A DNA stretch of 64,000 nucleotides, from assembly GCA_024275955.1 (NCBI GenBank), contig JAJRYD010000029.1:4500-68499 (forward strand), in the 5' to 3' direction. The translations under genes were made by a program, and so were the position numbers. This document shows, one piece after another, positions 49,863-59,643 of the stretch. How positions within the stretch are numbered: the first letter of the stretch is position 1; the number at the start of each line of letters is the position of its first letter. This DNA comes from Nitrospirota bacterium (GTDB taxonomy: Bacteria; Nitrospinota_A; UBA7883; JACRGQ01). The notes beneath the pieces are model-generated. The model was given only the letters and a program-made list of their open reading frames with translations. It had not been told where the DNA came from and made no database searches.

Positions 49863-51908
49863 ATGACTGATATGGATCCTGAAATATTTCGGGAATATAT
49901 GTCGGAAGTGTTCGAGTCGCTTGAAGGGCTTGACGAAAAGTTTGTCGCCCTCGAAACGAATCCAGATGACCTGAATATAGTAGATTCCATTTTTAGACCT
50001 GTTCACAGCATTAAAGGCAGTTCCGCCTTTTTTAAGCTCGATCATATTACCGGCTTTTCTCATAAACTGGAGAACCTCCTTGATGATATCAGGAAGGAAA
50101 AACGGTCTATCAACCCAACGATTATAGATGCCCTTCTCAAGGGTACCGATTTTCTTATGGAGATGTTCAAAAGGCTTGCCTCTGGCGACATGAAGGTTGA
50201 GCTTCTTCCAGATGAAAAGGACTTTATAGAGAATCTGGATGATAACCTTTCTAAAGGCGATGATAAAGCGCCAAAGACCTTTAACAGCCACCTCGACAAT
50301 ATAGACGACGCTGTCAACAGTCTTCGTGAAAGCGGTAGAGATGCCGAACTTTTAGACAAAATCTCCAAAAGCCTGTCGGTTGTCCGAAGGCTGGCGAGCG
50401 ATAAGGGGCAGGTAATAATGATAGGAGAGATTGACAGCATGCTTGGAGATGGGGCTATGCCTCAAATTGGAGTATTGGGCGACCTTCTTGTTGAACCGGA
50501 TGAGCTTCCCAAGGTAGAAAAGCTTGGCGACATTCTTGTAGGCAGTGGAGAGGTAGACAAAGAGGCTCTGGAAATGGCTCTTGCCAATAAAGAACCGGAT
50601 CAAATGGTTGGTGACGCTCTGGTAGAGCAAGGCGTAGCGACGGAGGAACAGGTAGGCAAAGCTATTGACAAGCAGAAGAAGGAGAAGGAGGAGCAGAGGA
50701 TCGCCAAACTGAGCATGACGATGCAAAAGACGATGCGCATAGACGAAGAGAAAGTCGATGAGTTTATGGAGCAGATTGGCGAGCTGGTAATCATTTCGGA
50801 AGTGTTCAACTATCTTGATAAAAGACTTAGCTCTATGGATGGAGCCGAGGTTATTTCTAAAGAATTTAAGAACGCGAACATGAATTTTTCGGAATTGACG
50901 CTAAGGCTACAGCATGGGCTGTCGGAAGTGCGGAAGGTAGCTATCAAAGGGATATTCCAGAAAATTCCACGAATAGTGCGCGATATCGCCACCGCAATCG
51001 GGAAAGATGTAGAAGTTATTACCGAGGGAGACGGTATTATGCTCGATAAAAGCCTTGCCGAGAAACTTGAAAGCCCTGTTATCCATATGGTCCGTAACTC
51101 TGTGGATCATGGCGTAGAAACACCGGATATACGAAAGGCGGCCGGCAAACCGGAAAGAGGCACGGTTCGGATTAAGGGCGAAATAATAGGTGAGACACTG
51201 CATATAACCCTTCACGACGACGGGGCTGGGCTTAATCGGGAAAAGCTTATCGCAAAGGCTATAGAAAAAGGGGTTCTAAATCAGGCTCAGGGTAGCGCGA
51301 TGTCGGACGAAGAGGTGTTTAACCTTATTTTCCATCCCGGCTTTTCCACTGCGGCAAAGGTAACGGATATCTCCGGTCGTGGTGTTGGGATGGATGTGGT
51401 TAGACGGGCTATCGACGATACCAAAGGGAAAATATCTATCCAATCCAAGCTGGGTGAGGGGTCGACCTTTACCATATCGGTTCCGATTTCCACTACGCTG
51501 GTGACTATAAACGGCCTGATTGTCGCCATAGGAGAGAGTAAGTTTATATTCCCTGTCGAGGATGTAAAGGAATCGCTAAGGCCGACCGGCGAAGAGGTCT
51601 TCTCGATTAAAGACAGTATAGAGATGGTCAATATAAGAGGAGATATATATCCCCTTATCAGGCTTCACCAAAAGTTTTCAATCGAAACCGATGTCACCAA
51701 ACCACAGGATGGCGTTTGCCTGATAATTGAAAAAAATGGAAACCGATGCTGTGTCTTGACCGACGCTATAGTGGAGCAACAGAATGTGGTGTTGAAGGAT
51801 CTTGGAGTTATTTTTCAGCGGGTAAAGTCTATTATGGGCGGAGCTATTCTGGGCGACGGTTCCATAGGACTTGTTATGAATGTAGAAGGGTTAATGGGGG
51901 AGGGGTAG
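49863..51908 (+). CDS. cheA: Chemotaxis histidine kinase CheA (copy 2, intact)
   Basis: HPt VHSIKG, HMVRNSVDHG, DDGAG, SGRGVGMDVV and a C-terminal CheW domain. Confidence 0.93.
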   Translation: MTDMDPEIFREYMSEVFESLEGLDEKFVALETNPDDLNIVDSIFRPVHSIKGSSAFFKLDHITGFSHKLENLLDDIRKEKRSINPTIIDALLKGTDFLMEMFKRLASGDMKVELLPDEKDFIENLDDNLSKGDDKAPKTFNSHLDNIDDAVNSLRESGRDAELLDKISKSLSVVRRLASDKGQVIMIGEIDSMLGDGAMPQIGVLGDLLVEPDELPKVEKLGDILVGSGEVDKEALEMALANKEPDQMVGDALVEQGVATEEQVGKAIDKQKKEKEEQRIAKLSMTMQKTMRIDEEKVDEFMEQIGELVIISEVFNYLDKRLSSMDGAEVISKEFKNANMNFSELTLRLQHGLSEVRKVAIKGIFQKIPRIVRDIATAIGKDVEVITEGDGIMLDKSLAEKLESPVIHMVRNSVDHGVETPDIRKAAGKPERGTVRIKGEIIGETLHITLHDDGAGLNREKLIAKAIEKGVLNQAQGSAMSDEEVFNLIFHPGFSTAAKVTDISGRGVGMDVVRRAIDDTKGKISIQSKLGEGSTFTISVPISTTLVTINGLIVAIGESKFIFPVEDVKESLRPTGEEVFSIKDSIEMVNIRGDIYPLIRLHQKFSIETDVTKPQDGVCLIIEKNGNRCCVLTDAIVEQQNVVLKDLGVIFQRVKSIMGGAILGDGSIGLVMNVEGLMGEG

Positions 51909-52871
51909 ATGGCATCTTCCGCGGCGATGGACGCTTTTTTTGAGGAAAGCGATTCTCATATAGAGATAGCAGAAGCGGCACTGCTTGAACTAGAGAAAAA
52001 TAAAGCCGACGCAGATACGATTAATGAGCTGTTTAGGGCGATTCATAGCATCAAAGGGAATGCCGGTCTTGTAGGGCTTACCGAAATACATGCGGCGGCT
52101 ACGGAAATGGAGACTATCCTCGACAGAATAAGAAGCGGCAAGGAAACTGTGTCGGATGAAGATAGGGATAGGCTTTTCGATGATATCGACTTGATTAAAA
52201 GCATGGTGAATAGCGCGAAAAATGATTTGGGGGTAGAAACTGAATCTGCGGTAACAGCGGGAGAGACCTCTACCCCTGATGCCGCAAAACCTGCTGATGA
52301 AACAGTAGCGCGTGCTGGTTCAGCTCCTACTTCCGCCCCTGTGGGAAAGCCTGACAAGGCGGTCAAAGTAACAGCTAAGAGCAAAGCTCTAGCTAGTGAA
52401 GGCGGAGGAACTGACGATATCCAAAAAAAGACGGTATCGTACCTCACCTTCTTTCTCGGCAAGGAGCAATATGGATTTATTATTGGTGATGTGCGTGAGA
52501 TTATTATAAAGAAAGATATAACTATAGTGCCGAACTCCAAGGAGTTTGTCGCCGGGGTAATGAACCTGCGGGGGGTGGTTATTCCTGTCGTAGACGCAAG
52601 GAAGAGGCTCGGGTTTTCCGAGCGTGGCGACCGGCCAAAAGAGGAGAATATAGTTGTCGTGGAGAATGACGGGTTGTCTACCGGAGTTCTTGTTGATATG
52701 GTAGATGATATACTAAAGCTTGAGCCGGATATGATTGTTTCCGCGGATAAGGCTCTGGGCGGTCTTAGAGACAGCAGTAAATTTATAGGTGGTCTTGGTA
52801 AAGCTGGGAAAAGTACAATTATGCTTATAGAGACATCTTCTTTTTGTGACTCCAACGAAGAGTTTTTTTAA
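51909..52871 (+). CDS. HPt-CheW fusion protein (no kinase domain)
   Basis: N-terminal HPt (LFRAIHSIKGNAG), an A/P/T-rich linker and a C-terminal CheW (GVMNLRGVVIPVVD). Confidence 0.85.
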   Translation: MASSAAMDAFFEESDSHIEIAEAALLELEKNKADADTINELFRAIHSIKGNAGLVGLTEIHAAATEMETILDRIRSGKETVSDEDRDRLFDDIDLIKSMVNSAKNDLGVETESAVTAGETSTPDAAKPADETVARAGSAPTSAPVGKPDKAVKVTAKSKALASEGGGTDDIQKKTVSYLTFFLGKEQYGFIIGDVREIIIKKDITIVPNSKEFVAGVMNLRGVVIPVVDARKRLGFSERGDRPKEENIVVVENDGLSTGVLVDMVDDILKLEPDMIVSADKALGGLRDSSKFIGGLGKAGKSTIMLIETSSFCDSNEEFF

Positions 52872-52876
52872 CTTAA

Positions 52877-53920
52877 ATGTCAAAAATCAAAGTTCTTATA
52901 GTCGATGATTCTGCCGTAGTGCGGAATATACTTGCCGAGGCGCTTTCCAAAGATTCTGAGATAGAGGTGGTTGGCACCGCTACTGACCCGTATGCCGCCC
53001 GCGACAAAATTGTAAAACTTAATCCCGATGTTTTGACACTCGATGTCGAAATGCCGCGCATGGACGGCATTACATTTTTAAAAAAACTTATGCATTCCAA
53101 GCCTATGCCGGTGGTTATGGTAAGCTCCCTTACGCAGTCGGGTGCCGACACCACAATGGCGGCGATGGAAGCAGGTGCCGTGGAGATTGTCGCCAAACCG
53201 GCGATAGATCTTCATAGAGGGCTCAACGACATGGTTGTTGAGATTGTCGATAAGGTTAAGGCCGCCTCCAAGGTGAAAATGGATGTGTATACGCAAAGGT
53301 TATCTGCCGTAAAAAAAGCGGCGCCGAAGGTGCTTAGCTCCGCAATGATAAAAACTACCGACAAGATTATTTCTATTGGAGCTTCTACCGGCGGAACAGA
53401 AGCTTTAAGAGAGGTTTTGATGCAGATGCCTTCCAACTCTCCTGGAATCTGCATAGTACAGCATATGCCAGCGGGCTTTACCAAAGCTTTTTCAGATAGG
53501 CTAAACGGGTTGTGCCAGCTTGTAATAAAGGAAGCAGAGAATAACGACACCGTTATACCGGGGAGGGTTCTTATCGCTCCCGGGCATAGCCATATGCTCC
53601 TTAAAAGAAGCGGTGCCAGATATTATGTGGAAGTGAAAGACGGCCCATTAGTGATGAGACACAAACCGTCCGTGGAGGTACTTTTCAATTCCACCGCGAA
53701 ATATGCCGGCGCCAACTCTATAGGTGTGATACTTACAGGTATGGGGGGGGATGGTTCATCCGGCATGCTGGAGATGAAAAAGTCTGGAGCGCATACGATA
53801 GCGCAGGACGAAAAGTCGTGCGTTGTGTTTGGGATGCCAAAGGAAGCTATCAAACTCGGTGGAGTAAACGACATCATTTCGCTGGATAAAATTCCATCAG
53901 CAATACTTAAATCTCTCTAG
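52877..53920 (+). CDS. cheB: Chemotaxis response regulator methylesterase CheB
   Basis: Receiver domain plus GASTGG, VQHMP, HKPSV and LTGMG.DG. Confidence 0.96.
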   Translation: MSKIKVLIVDDSAVVRNILAEALSKDSEIEVVGTATDPYAARDKIVKLNPDVLTLDVEMPRMDGITFLKKLMHSKPMPVVMVSSLTQSGADTTMAAMEAGAVEIVAKPAIDLHRGLNDMVVEIVDKVKAASKVKMDVYTQRLSAVKKAAPKVLSSAMIKTTDKIISIGASTGGTEALREVLMQMPSNSPGICIVQHMPAGFTKAFSDRLNGLCQLVIKEAENNDTVIPGRVLIAPGHSHMLLKRSGARYYVEVKDGPLVMRHKPSVEVLFNSTAKYAGANSIGVILTGMGGDGSSGMLEMKKSGAHTIAQDEKSCVVFGMPKEAIKLGGVNDIISLDKIPSAILKSL

Positions 53921-54041
53921 CGGCAGAACTTCTTCTCAAACGCCTGTTTTTAGGCTTATAGATTTATCTGGTTTTAAAATTGGGATATAATCCGGTGATG
54001 GTAAACCATCTATTGATAAGGGACAACAAAAAGGGGGCGAT

Positions 54042-55397
54042 TTGGGAATAAAACTTCTTTTTGCCGATGACTCTGAAACGATGCGGAAAGTTATAAAGCT
54101 TACCCTAGAAAACGAAGGGATAGACCTTAGTGTCGTTAGCGATGGGCAGGAAGCGATTAAGGCGGTTTATGAGGCAAAGCCCGATATTGTTGTCGCGGAT
54201 ATATCTATGCCGGAAATAAACGGATTTGAGCTTTGCGCGCGGATAAAAGGTTCTCCTGAGACAAAAGATATTTCGGTTGTTCTTATTTCTGGAGAGCTTG
54301 AGAATTATGATGACGTGAGGGGTGGCTCAGTTGGAGCCGATGGACACCTGACTAAGCCGTTTAAATCTAAAGAGTTTGTTGCCGCTATTAAGAGCTTTGT
54401 GGAAAAAAAGGGGACGGCAGAGGCTTTGCCCGCCGAACAGGTGGACGAAAGCAAAGCTACCACAGCTCCTTTTGATTCCAGAAAAATTCTCACACTTACA
54501 GCTTCGCAGGGCGTTTCGCCTATGGCTGGTCAAATTATGCAGACCGACGATGAACTAGAGATTATCGAAGACGACATAGGCTTGGACGATGACCTTTACG
54601 AGGAGCTGGACGATGACGAGATGCTTATCACTCCCAACGATGTTAAAGACGAACCGCCGGGGGGTTTCTCTAGTTCTGTCTTGAGTTCCGGCAGTATGGA
54701 GAACGAGCCTCTTGATAATGACGAAATAGTTAAGGACGGTTCGTCTGCTTTGGAGGATATGCTGGTCGATGAAATTTCTGCCGAGACGGGCTTTGCCCCT
54801 TCGAACGCTCACTCTTTGGCATATAGCTTTGAGAGTGAAATAAAAGAGACGCTTCTTGATGATGACGAAATTGATTCTATCGTGAAGGAGCCTTTAGGAT
54901 CCAATCCGCTTCTTGGCAGGTCGAGTATTGAATCTTCCGGGAGTGCGGATGAGTACGATGTAGAGTCTCTCTGGGACTCGTTAAAGGACAAACATAATGC
55001 CGAGGAAGTTACAAAAGCTGTCGATGAGGCGGCGCACCGCAAGATAAGTACCGCACTTGACATCAGCGGTTCTGTGCCTGTTTCGGAGGCAGACGCGGAG
55101 CCGGACTCTTTACGGGAATCTGTAGAGGAGAGCGTGAAAGAGTTTATCGAAAAGCAGGGGAAAGAAGTTTTAGAGGAGATTATCGCGAAGTCTGTAGAGG
55201 ATAACGTAAAGCTTGTTATCGAGAGAGAGCTTGAAAGGTCGATTCGCGAAGAGGTAGCAAAGCTTGTAGGAGATAGTTTTGAGGCGGCTATGCCGGAGCT
55301 TATCGAATCTGTAAAAGGTATGATATCCGGGCTTGCACCTGGGATGGCGGCTGAAATCGCAAAAAAAACGGCAGGGCGAATAAAAAAAGAGGATTAA
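54042..55397 (+). CDS. Receiver domain + acidic disordered linker + C-terminal helical domain (RomR-like)
   Basis: Intact receiver (ADDS, ADISMP, KPF), a D/E-rich low-complexity middle and amphipathic C-terminal helices. Lies directly upstream of valS. Confidence 0.7.
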   Translation: MGIKLLFADDSETMRKVIKLTLENEGIDLSVVSDGQEAIKAVYEAKPDIVVADISMPEINGFELCARIKGSPETKDISVVLISGELENYDDVRGGSVGADGHLTKPFKSKEFVAAIKSFVEKKGTAEALPAEQVDESKATTAPFDSRKILTLTASQGVSPMAGQIMQTDDELEIIEDDIGLDDDLYEELDDDEMLITPNDVKDEPPGGFSSSVLSSGSMENEPLDNDEIVKDGSSALEDMLVDEISAETGFAPSNAHSLAYSFESEIKETLLDDDEIDSIVKEPLGSNPLLGRSSIESSGSADEYDVESLWDSLKDKHNAEEVTKAVDEAAHRKISTALDISGSVPVSEADAEPDSLRESVEESVKEFIEKQGKEVLEEIIAKSVEDNVKLVIERELERSIREEVAKLVGDSFEAAMPELIESVKGMISGLAPGMAAEIAKKTAGRIKKED

Positions 55398-55464
55398 GAG
55401 CTCTTCGACTGTTGTAGAATCGTGGTTTCTTATTTATCCAACATTTTAATTATTCAGGAAAGTT

Positions 55465-58098
55465 TTGAGTAAGCACGAGTTAAGCAAAAGATACGACCCA
55501 AAAGAGGTAGGCAGACGCTGGTATAAGTACTGGCTTGAAAAAGGATACTTCAAAGCGGATGATAACTCAGAGCGTCCTCCGTTTACCATAGTAATCCCCC
55601 CGCCTAACGTAACAGGCTCTTTGCATCTTGGTCACGCGCTCGATAACACATTGCAGGATATTCTCATCCGCTATAAAAGGATGAGCGGCTTTAATACCCT
55701 CTGGATGCCGGGGACAGACCATGCAGGTATAGCTACCCAGAACGTCGTTGAAAAACAGCTCGCCTTAGAAGGTACCGACCGCCACGCGCTGGGACGGGAA
55801 AAATTCGTGGAGCGTGTGTGGGAATGGAAGGAGCAGTACGGCGGAAAAATTATTGAACAGCTAAAAGAGCTTGGCGCGTCGTGCGACTGGGATAGGCAAA
55901 GGTTTACTCTGGATGAACAGCTTTCCAAAGCTGTTCGTGAGGTGTTCGTCAAGCTTTACGAAGAAGGGCTTATATACAGGGCTAAGTATATAACCAATTG
56001 GTGTCCGCGGTGTCATACAGCTCTTTCCGATCTTGAAGTTGAGTATCAAGACAGACACGGGCATCTATATGAGATTGAATACCATCTGTCAGATGGAAGC
56101 GGCTCGCTTATAGTCGCCACTACAAGGCCAGAGACTATGCTTGGCGACAGTGCCGTTGCGGTAAACCCCGAAGACGAAAGATATAAACCGTTCGTAGGCA
56201 AAAAAGTAAAACTGCCGCTTACCGATAGAGAAATTCCTGTAATAGAAGATTCTTATGTAGCGGTCGATTTTGGTACCGGTGCGCTGAAGATAACACCGGC
56301 ACACGACCCTAACGATTTCGAGATAGGCAAACGCCACGGCCTAGAGCAGATTAAGGTAATAGGCGACGATGGGCGGATGGTAAATGTTTCCGATAACTAT
56401 CTTGGGCTTAGCCGTGAAGAGTGCCGAAAAAGAATAGTGGAAGAGCTCAAAGAGCAGGGCTTTCTTAAAAGTATGAAAAAACATATTCATGCCGTTGGCG
56501 ACTGTTATAGGTGCAAGACGGTAATAGAGCCTAACCTTAGCATGCAGTGGTTTGTTAAAGCAAAACCGCTTGCGAAGAGAGCGGCGAAAGCGGTTAGGGA
56601 CGGCGAGATGGAGTTTGTCCCGAAAACATGGGAGAACACCTACTTCGAGTGGATGGACAACATCCGCGACTGGTGCATAAGCCGTCAGATTTGGTGGGGG
56701 CATAGGATACCGGCATGGTACTGCGATGACTGCGGCGAGGTGACGGTATCGCTTGATGAGGTTGTTCAATGTTATAAATGCAAAAGCAGAAAGATAACGC
56801 AGGAAAGCGACGTGCTTGATACATGGTTCTCTTCCGGTCTCTGGCCTTTTTCGACCCTCGGCTGGCCGGAAAAAACCAAAGCACTAGAGACCTTCTATCC
56901 GACATCGGTGCTGGTAACAGGGTTCGATATCATCTTCTTCTGGGTGGCGAGGATGATGATGATGGGCCTGAAGTTTATGGATAAGGCTCCTTTCTCAAAA
57001 GTTTACATCCACGCGCTTGTGAGAGACGCTAAAGGGAAAAAGATGAGCAAGTCTAAGGGAAACGTAATAGACCCGCTCGAGCTTATGTACAAATACGGTG
57101 CCGACTCTCTGCGGTTTACCATGTGCGCGCTTGAGTCGCAGGGGCGTGACATACGGATGTCGGAAAAGAGAATAGAAGGGTACCGCAACTTTGTAAACAA
57201 GCTTTGGAACGCGTCTCGCTTTGTGCTTATGAACCTCGGTGAGAACGAGAAGGTAAAAGATATTTCGGAAATAAAGCTGGATGTAACCGATAGGTGGATA
57301 CTCAGTCGACTGCAAAAGACCGCCTTTCAGGCTAACAATGCTTTGGATAAATTTAGATTTAACGATCTTGCCAACATACTCTACTCGTTTACATGGAACG
57401 AGTTTTGCGATTGGTATATAGAATTTCAAAAGACACGGCTTCAGTCCAGCGAAAAGGAAGATTCGCTTGCTGTATTGGTTTACGTTCTCGACAAGCTATT
57501 GAAGCTGTTACACCCGATAATGCCTTTTGTAACGGAAGAGATTTACCAAAAGCTTCCCGGCCACGGCGAGTCGATAATGGTTGAGGAGTACCCAACGCGT
57601 GACGAAAAATTTCTGGATGAAACGGCCGAAGCCGAGATGAAACTGGTGATGGAGGTTTTGACTTCGGCGAGGACTATAAGGTCGGAATTAAAAATTCCGC
57701 CTGATAACAAACTGGTAGCAAAGCTTAAATGTGAGACAGAGGAAATAGCAGGCAAGGTAAGCGCGCATGCCGATTCGATACGCTTTCTAGCAAAACTTTC
57801 TTCGCTCGATATCTCTGTCGAAATGGAGCGTCCGCCGACATCGGCGACAGCGGTAATGGACGATCTTGAGGTCTATATCCCGCTTGGTGGAATAATAGAT
57901 ATAGACGAAGAGAAGGCGAGGCTTGAAAAGGAGATTGCCAAAGCGGAAAAAGATATAAAGTTTTTTGAAAAGAAATTCTCAAATGAGAATTTTGTGAAAA
58001 ACGCTCCAAAAGAGGTTCTCGAAAAGGATATGTCCCGCAACGAAGAGCTTAAACGCCTTTTAGTAGGGCTTCGCGACTCGGTATCATGGCTTTCATAA
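55465..58098 (+). CDS. valS: Valine--tRNA ligase
   Basis: Motifs PPPNVTGSLHLGH, DWCISRQ.WWGH and KMSKS, with a C-terminal coiled-coil arm. Confidence 0.98.
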   Translation: MSKHELSKRYDPKEVGRRWYKYWLEKGYFKADDNSERPPFTIVIPPPNVTGSLHLGHALDNTLQDILIRYKRMSGFNTLWMPGTDHAGIATQNVVEKQLALEGTDRHALGREKFVERVWEWKEQYGGKIIEQLKELGASCDWDRQRFTLDEQLSKAVREVFVKLYEEGLIYRAKYITNWCPRCHTALSDLEVEYQDRHGHLYEIEYHLSDGSGSLIVATTRPETMLGDSAVAVNPEDERYKPFVGKKVKLPLTDREIPVIEDSYVAVDFGTGALKITPAHDPNDFEIGKRHGLEQIKVIGDDGRMVNVSDNYLGLSREECRKRIVEELKEQGFLKSMKKHIHAVGDCYRCKTVIEPNLSMQWFVKAKPLAKRAAKAVRDGEMEFVPKTWENTYFEWMDNIRDWCISRQIWWGHRIPAWYCDDCGEVTVSLDEVVQCYKCKSRKITQESDVLDTWFSSGLWPFSTLGWPEKTKALETFYPTSVLVTGFDIIFFWVARMMMMGLKFMDKAPFSKVYIHALVRDAKGKKMSKSKGNVIDPLELMYKYGADSLRFTMCALESQGRDIRMSEKRIEGYRNFVNKLWNASRFVLMNLGENEKVKDISEIKLDVTDRWILSRLQKTAFQANNALDKFRFNDLANILYSFTWNEFCDWYIEFQKTRLQSSEKEDSLAVLVYVLDKLLKLLHPIMPFVTEEIYQKLPGHGESIMVEEYPTRDEKFLDETAEAEMKLVMEVLTSARTIRSELKIPPDNKLVAKLKCETEEIAGKVSAHADSIRFLAKLSSLDISVEMERPPTSATAVMDDLEVYIPLGGIIDIDEEKARLEKEIAKAEKDIKFFEKKFSNENFVKNAPKEVLEKDMSRNEELKRLLVGLRDSVSWLS

Positions 58099-58153
58099 AA
58101 CCTTCCTAGCCTTTATGTATCTTTAAGAGCTGGTATCTGGCGGTGTCAGCAGG

Positions 58154-58339
58154 CTAAACGATAATGTTCACACGGGAGCCGATTTCCGACATCTCCGCAG
58201 ACTTTCGTATATCCTGCGTTTCCTGCACTCTGTCGCGCTCCGCCTGTGTGACAGCGTAATTGTCCTTAAGGGCTATCTCTTTGGTTGGCGTGGTTACAGG
58301 CTGGGGAAATTCTGTATGTCCCGATATAGCTTCTGGCAT
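58154..58339 (-). CDS. Small hypothetical protein (61 aa)
   Basis: ATG after a GAGGT RBS. The C-terminal GSRVNIIV resembles the G..VD/N..V tail of YjfB-like motility-associated small proteins. Confidence 0.5.
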   Translation of the reverse strand: MPEAISGHTEFPQPVTTPTKEIALKDNYAVTQAERDRVQETQDIRKSAEMSEIGSRVNIIV

Positions 58340-58402
58340 CCTTACCTCATCTTTACCTTAGCTCGATTTTATACTTTTTGCAGGGATATTCAAAGCATTA
58401 TA

Positions 58403-58531
58403 GGGGCTGTTGGCAAAAGAGTTTTTTAAGCATTTTAAGGGAAAGTTTATTTTCTAACTTCTTAAAAATAGAGCCTTTGGAGATTGGTAATTTGTAGCAA
58501 AACCAAGATTGTCTTATTCGGCAACAGCCCC
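58403..58531. mobile_element. 129-bp MITE-like element, copy 2, flanked by ATTATA direct repeats
   Basis: TIRs GGGGCTGTTGGC...GGCAACAGCCCC, with ATTATA at 58397-58402 and 58532-58537. Near-identical to 3256-3384. Confidence 0.88.
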
Positions 58532-58773
58532 ATTATAGGGTGCCGGCATCTAAGATAGAATCTGAACGCAAGAGTGCAGGCCTCTTTTTATCTGGTTGTG
58601 GCTGGTGACAGCTTGATGCCGGAGATTCCTTTTTAACAGCTCTGCCGGATACGATAGTGGAGAGATAATTTTTTTTGTTAAATGCAAAAAGTCGTGTTTG
58701 CCGTTTGGGGAAAACTGCCTTTTGCTTTTGCTGGAGGCCAGTGCTACCGCTGGCGGGGCGAGACAGCTTTGGC

Positions 58774-59541
58774 TTAGCTGTTTTTTAGTTTTTTTAGCTC
58801 TTCAAGTGCCGCTTTTGCCTGTAATGCCTCTTTTGTTTCGGCAAAGTTTTCTACGATTCTCTGAAAAGTGTTTCTCGCTTTGCTGAACGCTTCTTCTTTC
58901 ATGTACGATTTGCCTTTTAAAAGAAGCGCTTTTGGTGCGTAACGGCTTTTTGGATGTTTTGCTACAAACTCCTCTGCTCTCGATATGCAGGAGACAAAGC
59001 TGTCTATCTGATAATAAAACTCGATTATGTAGATATCCTTTCGGGATATCATGTCGGTCAGCTCTGCTATCTTACTTTTAGCAAAAGGGATTGCTGAATG
59101 ATCAGGGTATTTTATTATAAATTGTTCGAACAGATCTTTCGCTTTTTGAGCCGGTGTTTGATCTCTAGGTATTTTTCCCAGCGACTGATAATGGCTCATC
59201 GCTTTGTAGAAAAGGGCATGGTCAGTGGTGGATGTCATCGGGTAGAGTTCGACAAAGCTCTCGTAGGACGTTTCGGACATTTCATACTCTTTGTTCATGT
59301 AGTATGAATCGGCTACTCCAAGCAGAGCGTGAACCTGAAAAGGGCTGTCTGGAAATTCGTCCAAAATCTGCTTGTAATACTTCCTGGATAGATCGTACTT
59401 ACCGTTGGTGAAGCGGTAGTTGGCATCGTTAAAAAGCTCCAGTTCTTTTTTTACGATGTCATCAGTTTTGCACCCGGAAAGGAAAAGTACCGCGGTGCAG
59501 GCTACGGCGGCGATTTGGATTTTGGGCAAAATCTTTTTCAT
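58774..59541 (-). CDS. bamD: Outer membrane protein assembly factor BamD
   Basis: Lipobox LSGC, TPR repeats, RDQT.A..A...F....P.S and a Y/F-Y segment. Confidence 0.88.
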   Translation of the reverse strand: MKKILPKIQIAAVACTAVLFLSGCKTDDIVKKELELFNDANYRFTNGKYDLSRKYYKQILDEFPDSPFQVHALLGVADSYYMNKEYEMSETSYESFVELYPMTSTTDHALFYKAMSHYQSLGKIPRDQTPAQKAKDLFEQFIIKYPDHSAIPFAKSKIAELTDMISRKDIYIIEFYYQIDSFVSCISRAEEFVAKHPKSRYAPKALLLKGKSYMKEEAFSKARNTFQRIVENFAETKEALQAKAALEELKKLKNS

Positions 59542-59643
59542 AGCGGTACAGTCTAACCTGTAATCGGTTTTTGGTGTAGAAGAGAAATATGTTTTTTGTT
59601 TTTATGCAGATAATAGGCTTTTTAGAGGTAAAATTGACCGCTT

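Noticed and set aside
58543-58622. CCGGCATC...GATGCCGG inverted repeat as a structured ncRNA
   Set aside because: Only an 8-bp perfect stem, with no recognisable family features.
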